DNA from: a virus
Lineage: Duplodnaviria; Caudoviricetes
Reading direction: 5' to 3' (one strand)
DNA: 32,456 nucleotides
IMG/VR virus record: IMGVR_UViG_3300047546_000217
Span: 1 to 32,456 of that record
Shown here piece after piece: positions 7,426-16,700 of the stretch (position 1 is its first letter; each line of letters opens with the position of its first letter). A model generated the notes under the pieces. The model was not told the DNA's origin. It saw nothing but the letters and a program-made list of their open reading frames with translations, and did no database searches. The position numbers were made by a program, and so were the translations under genes.

Positions 7426-8229
7426 ATGTTGAACGTCAGACAACTTGTGGATCAAGCCTATGAACGAGAGCAACGAAAAGAAAAACCCAGAACCTACATC
7501 GGTGCGTCGGCGGTCGGTGGTTCGTGCGAAGCCGCTATCGCTTACGGTTTTCGGGGCTACCCAGACACAGCCCCAGAACCAAGGCTCAAGCGAATCTTCC
7601 GAGACGGACACCGAATCGAAGAAACAGTTGTCTACGACCTCAAGAAAGCCGGACTCCATGTAATGGAGGTTGACCCAATGACTGGAGAACAGTGGACGTT
7701 CTCGTCTTACGAAGGCCACGCCATTGGGCATGCAGATGGATTGATTGAGTGCGACGGAGACACGATCCTTCTTGAGATCAAGTCGATGAACGACTCGAAG
7801 TTCAAGGAGTGCGAGAAGTCTGGCGTCAAGTTTTCGCATCGCCACTACTACGGACAGATTCAGTTCATGCTCGGCATGGCAAAGATCGAGAAGTGCTTGT
7901 TTGTGGCCTACAACAAAAACAATTCGGACTACCTATCAGAAGAGGTTTTGTTTGATGAGTTTGAATACGAGAACCTCAAGTCAAGAGTTGAGACGATCCT
8001 TTCCGGGAGAGCCAGAAAGGTGAGTCAAGACGAAGCTGACTGGAGATGTCGAGGGTGCTTCAAGTTTGATGCTTGCTGGAAAGGCAAAGAGCCTGAAGTG
8101 AAATCTAAACGAACATGCGCAAACGCAAAGCCGTCAAAGCACGGAGAGTGGGTGTGCGATAAGGGATGTCAAGAATCATGTACCAACTGGACGAGATACG
8201 AACCACTGGCAAAGGATTCTTCTATCTAG
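7426..8229 (+). CDS. Cas4-like PD-(D/E)XK exonuclease with Cys cluster
   Basis: IGAS...C, GHRIE, GHADG, LEIKS, YYGQIQ and CRGCFKFDAC, followed by extra C-terminal cysteines. Confidence 0.85.
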   Translation: MLNVRQLVDQAYEREQRKEKPRTYIGASAVGGSCEAAIAYGFRGYPDTAPEPRLKRIFRDGHRIEETVVYDLKKAGLHVMEVDPMTGEQWTFSSYEGHAIGHADGLIECDGDTILLEIKSMNDSKFKECEKSGVKFSHRHYYGQIQFMLGMAKIEKCLFVAYNKNNSDYLSEEVLFDEFEYENLKSRVETILSGRARKVSQDEADWRCRGCFKFDACWKGKEPEVKSKRTCANAKPSKHGEWVCDKGCQESCTNWTRYEPLAKDSSI

Positions 8230-8567
8230 CATCCCCGTATTCGCTTGACGGGGTCGCTACTGAAGAAGCCAAAGAACGTCGATTTGCGTCGGCGGTGAAG
8301 TGCCAAGCCTATTTGATGGAGAGCGGCGTTGATGTTTACTCTCCGATTGCGCACTGGCACGAGGCTCAAAAGACGATGAAGAAGCACGACACCAAATGGT
8401 GGCTTGCCAAGTGCCTGCCATTCTTGCGTGACTCAGAAGGTCTGATTGTTCTGATGTTGCCACTATGGGAAGTCAGTGCTGGCGTGAAGTGGGAAATTGA
8501 ATTCGCGCAAGCAAATGGAATGTCGATCTCGTACCTTCCAGACAATGTGTGGGAGGAGTCAAAGTGA
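8166..8567 (+). CDS. DUF1937 / nucleoside deoxyribosyltransferase-like protein
   Basis: FYLASPYS, VYSPIAH and W..SAGVKWEIEFA motifs. Start at 8166 or 8178. Confidence 0.78.
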   Translation: MSRIMYQLDEIRTTGKGFFYLASPYSLDGVATEEAKERRFASAVKCQAYLMESGVDVYSPIAHWHEAQKTMKKHDTKWWLAKCLPFLRDSEGLIVLMLPLWEVSAGVKWEIEFAQANGMSISYLPDNVWEESK

Positions 8568-8788
8568 ACGAACGAAAGAGAGTAGACCTTGTTCTTGAGG
8601 TCGTTGAACTTGAGCACGAAATTGACAGCGTGAAAGAGCGCATTCGAGACATCGAGTGGCGCATCGACCGTGGTGACACAACCGTCTCACACGATCATCG
8701 TCAGAAGGCGATTGATAAACACAGATGGCTGAGTCGTGAATTGGCTGAAAAACGTAAGGAGTTAATCAAATGCGAGTCATCGGTTTAA
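8564..8788 (+). CDS. Hypothetical coiled-coil protein
   Basis: GGAGGAG RBS and GTGA overlap with the upstream stop. Confidence 0.7.
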   Translation: MNERKRVDLVLEVVELEHEIDSVKERIRDIEWRIDRGDTTVSHDHRQKAIDKHRWLSRELAEKRKELIKCESSV

Positions 8789-9354
8789 CAGGCCCAATGG
8801 GCTGCGGCAAATCAACTGTTGCTGCACATCTTGAGACGAAGGGGTACACCAGAATCAAGATGGCTGGCGTATTGAAAGAGATGATGCGAGCCATGGGCCT
8901 TGGCTACGAGCACATCGAGGGGAGCCTAAAAGAGGTTCCGTCTCCCTTGTTGTGTGGCAAGACTCCGCGCTTCGCCATGCAAACCATCGGAACCGAGTGG
9001 GGCAGGAACACTATTGGAGAAAACCTTTGGTGCAACATCTGGGTTGCTCAAGCTCTTCAGGCTTTGCGAACGCACTCGTTCGGAGTTGTGTGCGACGACA
9101 TCAGGTTCCCGAATGAAGCTGACGCGCTCAAGTCTGTGGGCGGCGTACTCATTGAGGTCGTTCGCCCCGGTCATGAAAAAAGCGCGTCTCACGAATCGGA
9201 AACCTTTGACGTAGTCCCAGAGATCAAACTGCTTAATGACCGCTCAATCGAGCATCTCATTTTTTCTGTTGACGCTTTGCTGGGCGTGATGCCTTCGGCT
9301 CAACCGAGTCTTTTTTCGCAGGATGACGACGGGGTTTCTGGTCACCCTGTGTAG
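8770..9354 (+). CDS. Deoxynucleoside monophosphate kinase
   Basis: IGLTGPMGCGKST, TPRFAMQTIGTEWGR, DDIRFPNE and HESE, the T4 gp1-like signature. Confidence 0.92.
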   Translation: MRVIGLTGPMGCGKSTVAAHLETKGYTRIKMAGVLKEMMRAMGLGYEHIEGSLKEVPSPLLCGKTPRFAMQTIGTEWGRNTIGENLWCNIWVAQALQALRTHSFGVVCDDIRFPNEADALKSVGGVLIEVVRPGHEKSASHESETFDVVPEIKLLNDRSIEHLIFSVDALLGVMPSAQPSLFSQDDDGVSGHPV

Positions 9355-9526
9355 AATCATTGGCATCAGTTGCCACTGAGTTCGGCGTCCCAACGGACGC
9401 CGTTTTTTTTGCCTCGTCTCCGCCGAATGCAGCAAGTCGTTTTCCCCATGAGTACATGGAGAAAGCTCGGCGCACATCGTTCCAGAACTTCACAATGTAT
9501 GCCGTCATGATTGACCAGTAAATCAT
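9257..9526 (-). CDS. Hypothetical protein (hydrophobic N-terminus, basic tail)
   Basis: ATGA coupling with the upstream gene. It spans the plus-strand terminator and overlaps the kinase 3' end in antisense by 98 nt, so the call is uncertain. Confidence 0.45.
   Translation of the reverse strand: MIYWSIMTAYIVKFWNDVRRAFSMYSWGKRLAAFGGDEAKKTASVGTPNSVATDANDSTQGDQKPRRHPAKKDSVEPKASRPAKRQQKK
9383..9410 (+). terminator. Intrinsic terminator ending the plus-strand unit
   Basis: CGGCGTCC-CAAC-GGACGCCG followed by T8, 28 nt after the kinase stop. Confidence 0.88.
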
Positions 9527-9690
9527 CTCTTCCCCCTTGGTTTCTTTGCAGTCTTCGCCGCATTGCGGAAGTCTGCATTAGTCGGAGCAGACTTCGAGCC
9601 AACCGGATTCATTTTCTCGCCGGAGCCTGCGGCTATTCGTCTTTGTTTTGCGTGGATGTTGGCATAAAGACCTTGTTTTGGCTTGCTCAT
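9523..9690 (-). CDS. Conserved small basic phage protein (55 aa)
   Basis: Not in the ORF track. MSKPKQGLYANIHAKQRRIAAGSGEKMNPVGSKSAPTNADFRNAAKTAKKPRGKR carries the GLYANIHAK motif I recognise from aquatic phages. ATGA overlaps at both ends. Confidence 0.85.
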   Translation of the reverse strand: MSKPKQGLYANIHAKQRRIAAGSGEKMNPVGSKSAPTNADFRNAAKTAKKPRGKR

Positions 9691-10235
9691 TTGAGTCCCC
9701 TTTCCATGGCGTTCTGCATGGCCTCTGTCTTCTTGTCAGAGCCAGCGCTGGAGCCGAAGTAGTAGCTGACAACTTGGTCTGCTTTGGCGCTGACGTAGCC
9801 GATCAGTGTGCCGACAATGCCAGACATCACTGGGTCTTTGAGACCCTCGACCAATCCCGCAAGAACCATATAGACCGATGTCAGGAAGCCGCCAATGATG
9901 AGCGCAGCAAGAATGCGAGGAGTCCAGTCTTTGATCGCAGCCTCTCTGTCTCGGGCGGACTTCCTGTCATCCATCTCGATGCGCTTGATGTCGACCTCAA
10001 GCTCTCGCATCTTGACCTCAAAGTCGAGGTTGGCTTTCTTCAACAGCAAGAGTTGGTCTGGCGTTGCACCAGCAACTGCTGCCGCAATTTTCGACTCGTC
10101 TGCTGCCTCGTCTCCGAGAAGGATGGTTGCAATCGTCTTGGCTGCAATGCCACCCATAGGGCCGCCTAGCGCGGCCCCCAGTGTTGGAGCAACTGCTCCG
10201 AGAATTCCTTTTGCTGCTCCCCATAGGTCTGCCAT
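9687..10235 (-). CDS. Holin, 3TM (GTA-holin-like) family
   Basis: Gly-rich hydrophobic N-terminus, DRKSARDRE, two further TM segments and YYFGSSAGS. Adjacent to the endolysin. ATG at 10233-10235 after AAGGAG. Confidence 0.82.
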   Translation of the reverse strand: MADLWGAAKGILGAVAPTLGAALGGPMGGIAAKTIATILLGDEAADESKIAAAVAGATPDQLLLLKKANLDFEVKMRELEVDIKRIEMDDRKSARDREAAIKDWTPRILAALIIGGFLTSVYMVLAGLVEGLKDPVMSGIVGTLIGYVSAKADQVVSYYFGSSAGSDKKTEAMQNAMERGLK

Positions 10236-10245
10236 GATCTTCTCC

Positions 10246-10695
10246 TTATGAAAGTTCAAAGTGCGGTGCGTCGATGAATGGACGCTTGTTTTCTCTGCGG
10301 CAGAAGTCGATGTAGTACATCATCGCCTCCTCCATTGTTCCTCTCCACATGCGGATGTCAGGAACATTCCACGCAGCGCCCCACCTGATCGCCACGTTCT
10401 TCTCGATTGCAGCCTGCTTCATCGCATCTGCAATGTCGTCATAGAGGTTATGTTCCCAACTGAGACGACCATCAATGTAGGCAGCCAAGTCCACTGCCTT
10501 GCCGGTGATGTGCTTCGAGTTCATCGTCTGACTTGCGCCAGACTCGACGAGTTTCTTTTGCTCTTCCGGCGTTCTCAATCCCTGCGTCACACCAAAGTCG
10601 ATCTTTGTGTACTCAATCGCCAGCTTGACGACATCGACAAGGTTTTTGTCGACGCCCTCAAGCCTTTGTTTGCTTCGTTCAGATAGTGCGAACAT
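10246..10695 (-). CDS. Endolysin, peptidase M15 family (L-Ala-D-Glu peptidase-like)
   Basis: GLRT, SKHITGKAVD, RWG and DAPHFEL zinc-binding motifs. Confidence 0.92.
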   Translation of the reverse strand: MFALSERSKQRLEGVDKNLVDVVKLAIEYTKIDFGVTQGLRTPEEQKKLVESGASQTMNSKHITGKAVDLAAYIDGRLSWEHNLYDDIADAMKQAAIEKNVAIRWGAAWNVPDIRMWRGTMEEAMMYYIDFCRRENKRPFIDAPHFELS

Positions 10696-10704
10696 GGCTG
10701 CTCC

Positions 10705-13700
10705 TTACTTGAATGGATCACCGCCGAATGGGTCTTTGCCTCCACCGAACGGATCGTTGGACATACCGTCAAAGTACGCTTTCTTCTTGCCGCCCTTACT
10801 TGGTTGACCCATCAGGTCTGCGGCTGACTCTCTGAAGTCTCGGCTTCCACCAAGGACAGGGATGCGCGACGCAACCACTCGTGCTGCTTCACGTTTCTGA
10901 CCATTGGTGTCTGCGCCAGCAATCATGTCTTGCACGCCGCCAGCTACCTTGAAGCCACCGTAGGCAACATCGTAAGACGGGCCGAGGATTGTGCCCATCA
11001 TGCGGTTGAAGCCGTAGTTGCCGTTGTCGATCTGAGCGGCTGAGTTGAAGAACAGTTCGCCAACAAAGCCAAGACCGCCCATCGCCATCAAGCCCTCAAC
11101 ATACCAAGCGACCGCTTCGTACTTGTCCTTGATGTCTTCCTTGTCGACCAAGCCAAAACCGACAGCAGCCTTACCGATAACCGTCTTGTCGAGCGAGCGT
11201 GCACGCAGTTCTGGGCTGCGCTCGTCTTGACCGCCACGAGACTGGACAATGTCTTTGACAGCTAGGGCGGAAGCGCCGAGAGCAGAGCCTGCCGTCAGCA
11301 TGTAGATCAGCGGCTTGGCATTGCCTTGCTTGGCTTCGTCCATGACGTAGCTGGTGAGACGACCCATCATTACTGGGTACGACTTCAACTGGTAGACCAT
11401 TGCGCCCCAAGGAGTTTGTGCCCACAACGGAACATCGTTGGGGTCAGGGGTGAAGATCGCTTCGTTCGTGAACTTCATGACGGCGTAGCGCACCTGCGGG
11501 TTTTGCGCATAGGTGCGGATGTCGTCAACGCGAGGAGCACTCGGGCTTGCAAAGTTGATGTGACCGTCTGGCAGGTCTCGACCAGCCATGCCGTAGCGCT
11601 CCAAGAAGCGAACGGCTGTCTTGTAGCGTGCGCTGTCTACCGCGCCATTGTTGGCGTACTTGCGAGCAATCTCGATCTCAGACTTGAGGGCGTTGAAGCC
11701 AACAAGCGCTGCCACCTCACGCTGCATGTTCGTCCAAGGAGTCAACAGTGTCAGGTTGAAGAAAGAGTTGCTGAAACGCTGAGAGCCATCGCCAGCCATA
11801 TTGACCATGCGGTCGTGGATCAGGTTCTCGATGCCCACGCCAATGTCGCGAGCGGCGTTTCGGTAGGAAGGCTCTGCCCTGTACCACTGGCTCATACCCT
11901 TTGCCCACGCTTGGAAGTTGCCAGAGCGAACAAGCGGCAAGACTGCATCAGGGATAGACGACAGAGTCGTAAAGCCCAGCAGAGAGACGGAGTTGAATGC
12001 ACGCAGTTTGCGGCTTGCTTGGTAGATCAAGCCAGTGCCGTCAGTGCCGTCGATTGGGCGCTGGTTCAGCACGTTGACCATGTTGTCCATGAAGCGCAGA
12101 TCAGAAGCCGGGACAGGCTTCTTGAAGTCAGACAAGGCGTTGACCACCGCGTCGATTCTGAGACGAAGGTTTGACGCCATCGCCTCATCCATGTTACCGA
12201 AATCGTAGTTGCTCAGAAGCTCCATCTTGGCGCGGTGCTTCATCTGCGCAGACGATGCGTTGGTGTCGCCCAGCATGTTGGTGACCTTCTTCACCAAGTC
12301 TCTGGTCTCCTCTTCGCCCAGCTTGATTGCGGGGACGATTAGGTTCTCAACGTCAGCAGAGTGGAAATATTCGCGGCGGTTGACGAAGATGTTCTTGTTG
12401 GAGCGCAACACGTTGACGGCTGCATCAACACCCATCTCTGCAACAGCACGGTATGCGTTGTACGCATGACCGCCAGCGCCGAACTCTTTTGCGAGTGTCA
12501 GCTTGCGAGTTGTCTTGTTGTAGTAGCGGGCCAAGATTCCCTCAAGGTCATTGACCATGAAGGGAGTGAAGGCGGGCATGTCGCTTGCCTTCAAGTTGAT
12601 GAACCGCTGGTAGAACGGATTCGAGAACTCGCGGTGAATGACGGAGTCAGCCGCCAAGTGACCGTCGTTGTCCAGAATCTTGTTGAATATTTTGGTAGCC
12701 AACTCGTCTGCATCACGAGGGTCAAATGTGTCTCCATTCATGCGGTGATCCCGCATGATGTAAGAGCGCAACTCTTTCAGGAACGAGTTGGGGTTCTCGC
12801 GAATTGCCTCCGCATCCCACATCTGCGGCACATAGGTGTCGGTGTAGCCGCGCATCGTTGCATCGCCGACAGGGATGCCAGCAGAACGCAGGCGCTCAAG
12901 CTCCGAGCGGAACGTAGTTTGAATGCGCTCTGCGATCATGCGCTCTTGCGGGCTGAGACGAGCCATTGCCTGACGTCCTTGGCGCATTGCATCCAAGATT
13001 CTGGTGTGCGACGCAGGCTGACGAATCTTGACGTGAGAGCCAGCGGCTCCGCCAGCAATCATTCCACCAAGACCACCAAGCACAGTTCCCACTCCGGGAA
13101 GTATGGCGCTGCCAGCGGCTGCACCGCTCAGAGTACCGCCAACCAGAGGCATGGAGATCAGGCTCTTCTTGAACCAGCGACCAACAGCATTGCCTGAATC
13201 TGGCAGAGCGCGAAGCTCAGACAGTAGAGGCTGCAAACGAGCAGACAGGTCTGAGTTGTGACGGTCGTAGATGCTGCTGCCGGTCTGCCCTTTGATTCGG
13301 TTTGCAAACCAGTGAGCGCCGAGACGACGGAGCACGGAAGAGTTCTCGCGGAGCACGTTGCCAACAGTGTTGGCGTGCACCACTTTCACGTCTTCAAGAT
13401 CAAGCTCTTGCTTGCGAGTCATCTTCTTGACAACGCCTTGCAGCGCATCTGGGATGCCGAGTCGCTGAATCTCGTGACCAATGCCAACGTAGTCTTGGCT
13501 GGTGATGACGCGGTTGAACGACTCCATCTCGTCTGCAAGACGATGGGTGACGCCCATGAGTTCATCGCCAACTGTGCTGTTGTAGATTCCAGCACGCTCG
13601 TAATCGTATGTGTCTGCGTCGATGTGCTTGACTTGGTTGCTGTCAAACAAGACCATCGCATCATGCTGACCAAGGCCATCAGGAGAAGGCTCGCTCACAT

Positions 13701-16700
13701 GGTATGAGTCATAGCCAAGCTCGCGCATTGCAGATTGAAGTTTCGCTTTGGCCTCGGCAGAGTTGACCGCCAATCCATCACGAACCATTGCGCTCTCTGT
13801 CAGCATCTCGAACAGGTCGGAGCCGCTGAACTGAGACGGAGCCTTGTTCACAATATCCTTGAACGCAGAGTCGGTCATGTAGTTGTGGTTGACCAAGTAG
13901 TCGCCGAGCCACATGATGTTGTTGCCCTCTCCATTGAAGGAGTAGAACACGCCATCCCTGAAGTCGAATGATTCAGCCGCATGAACAAACAGCGGCATGA
14001 CCTTCGGGTTGTATTTCAGGCCGGTTGCGTTTTGCAATGTAGACCACAGCGCGTGCTCTTCGGCGATTGCGTTTTGCAGAGCCTTCTGTTTGTTCAGAAG
14101 CCCAAGCGCAGAGTCATCTGGATGCAAGTCTGCGATTGACTCGTTGTCCATGGATGTCTGAGCGCGACGCTTTGTTTGCTCAGAGTACCCAGACAAAGTC
14201 ATCTCTCGACTCATCTCGTCGATCTGATTGCGTTTCTCAACAATCATCTGCGCAAGCTCGTAGCCTTCGCGTCGTTTTGCGTCTAGCGGAGTTGCGTCGT
14301 CGATCATTCTGCGTATTGACGCAAGATGACCTGCCTCCGAGTAATGTTTGCCCAGAGCCTGCGATTTGCTGACGTAGACCCCGGGGCCGAACAATGCGTC
14401 TGGAGCAGACGGTTCGAGGATCGGATCGAGTAAGCTGCCACGCTCCATGGCTGAACCGTTGGGCGTGCCATGGTAGTAGATGAAGTCCATCAGGTCTTCA
14501 TTTGGCGAAGCCATGGTGAACTCGCGAGCCATCGCTTTCTTGGTGGCATCCATGGATGTCACGACATCGCGGGCGTAGTGTGGCGCAATCGACGCCATCA
14601 CAGAGTAGTTGTTGGTGTTGTCGACGGCAGCCTTGAACGGAACCTTCGTCTTGTTCATGGAGAACATGTCTCCGTAGAAGGTCAGACGACGGAACTGTTG
14701 ACGAACAGTGTTTTTCTTGAGTAGGCCGTTGACGATGTAAGCAACATACTCAATCAAGCGATCAGCCAGTGCGCTCAGTTGACCGCGCAAACGCAGAGGC
14801 TGCTCTCCGTTGCGAACTGCAAACATGTCGCCCTTTGCGACTCGCTCGCCGAGGTACTTCGCCCAACCTTCAACAAACCACTCTTGAGCAGAACGATGAA
14901 TGTCGCCAGCGCCGTACTTTGCTGCGATTTGCATTGCTTCGCGATTGCCCTTGATGAGGGCTTCGCTGTATTGCTTGGCAATCGTTTCCAACTGATCTTG
15001 ATCGAACGTGGCGCGAACTACCATGTGACCGATCTCGTGCATCAGGTCAAATGGATCGCCAGTACCGGAGCGCAGGCCAATGGCATAGCGGCGCATGTCT
15101 TTGCGCAGCAAGTTGAAGCCTTCTCCATCGAGTTGAGACATTTCCTTGAATGCTCCCCTCACGTCTTCAGGAGCAGTCAGGCCAGCCATGCGGTACACGT
15201 CCTCCACAGTCATGAAGGTTGCGTTGTTGTTGACCAAGCCTTTCTCGGTGCGACCCATCAAGTTCAACATGCGGTAAGCCATGGTGCGCATGGTGTACTC
15301 GGCTGCTTTGTCGCGATGAGTCAGCTTCATCAACGCTTCGCGAATGGCGACAGGCGCTGCTGGCGGGATGCCGTTGTCTTTGTAGACACCGATGTGCTGC
15401 TTCGTCTCAGTGTGCAGCGCACCGCCAACCCGGCTGTCTTGTGGCAGCAGGAACGGATCAGACTTGTCGCCAAGTCGCATCTGGCGTGCGCGTAGTTCAA
15501 CCGCAATCATGTCGACGCGAGCAGGGTCTGCTTTCTCAAATGCGGCAATCAGACCGTTGACCAACGACTTGTTGGAGCGATCAGCCAGTTGTGAGAACTG
15601 CGCTGGGTCGTAAGCCTGCGCTGCTTTCGTGATCTCTGGCGAAGAGTTGATCTTGCGCATGAGTTCAGCAGAGAAGCCTTTGAAGCGAGAGTCTTGCGTG
15701 CCCATCTCAGCCATGGCTTTGACAAGCTGATTGACCGACATCTCGCGGATAGAGCTTGTGGACGCAGAGTCAAACGTCGCGTTGTTTGTGACCGCTGCGT
15801 TCTCCATGATGGTGTCGGCAGCATTGATGAGCGCATTGACGTTGGCCTCTGCATTTGCGCTCGTGATTGCCTTACGACGTTGAGCACGCTTGCGGTAGAT
15901 GTTTCCAACTGCGCTGTCTCGTGTGCTGGTGATGACGCCATTGGCAAGAATAGCCAGCCCGTCGCCAACATCCGTCTTGGGGAATGAGCGGCGGAACTGC
16001 TGACGCAGCGCTGTCTGGGCTTCATTCAAAACTTCGACTGCCGCATTGCCAAGCAACTGAAGATCAACTGGGTCGCCAGTGAAGTTGCTCAGAGCCATCT
16101 CTTCCATTGAGCGGTTCTGACCAAATACTTCTGGGCCAAATGTGTCGTCTGCCTCTTGCGAAGCGATCAGTCGATCAAGCTCGGCCTTGGCAGCATCGTC
16201 ATCGAGACTGAGTTGGCGCTTGCGCATGTCCGCTGTTGCACGCTGAATGTCGTACATGAGACGAAGCATCTTGCCGCGAACAAAGTATCCATTGGGGTCG
16301 GCAGCCACATCAACCATGTCACCATTGGCGAGCGCCTTTTGACCGATGGTCTCTCCGCCGTCGAACAGACGAACACGACCGCCGCCGCCAGTGCCGTCGG
16401 CCTTCTTTGGCAGGCGCATTGATCCGCGCTTGCCTGAGACAGCGAAGACCTCTGAGACGAAGTTGGCGCTACCGGAGCCGTCTCCAGCCAACACTGCAAG
16501 CAACTCTTCTGGCGTGCCAGAACGAATGGCATTCTCGATCTTTGCCTTGAGCAATTCGTAGTCGTCGAGCTTTTTGGCAATGAAGCCGGGACGACCACCA
16601 AGAGGTGCGAACTTCTTTGCCACCTTCTGGTACTTGAGGCCGCTCGTCTCCTCGTCGGGCATGATGCGCTCGAAAAGCGGGATCAAGTCCCTGTCGATCA

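Noticed and set aside
7426-8229. Cas4-like gene as part of a CRISPR-Cas system
   Set aside because: No repeat-spacer array or other cas genes. The context is the standard Sak4-SSB-exonuclease recombination module.
907-8229. Long gene overlaps (907-974, 1627-1694, 4941-4984, 8166-8229) as further frameshift sites or a sign of stop-codon reassignment
   Set aside because: The downstream genes have plausible starts, most with good SDs, and I saw no comparable hairpin. TAA, TAG and TGA all end genes normally.
9578-9772. ORF-track ORFs 9578-9772 and 9366-9602 on the minus strand
   Set aside because: Wrong frames. The real gene is the 55-aa GLYANIHAK ORF at 9523-9690.
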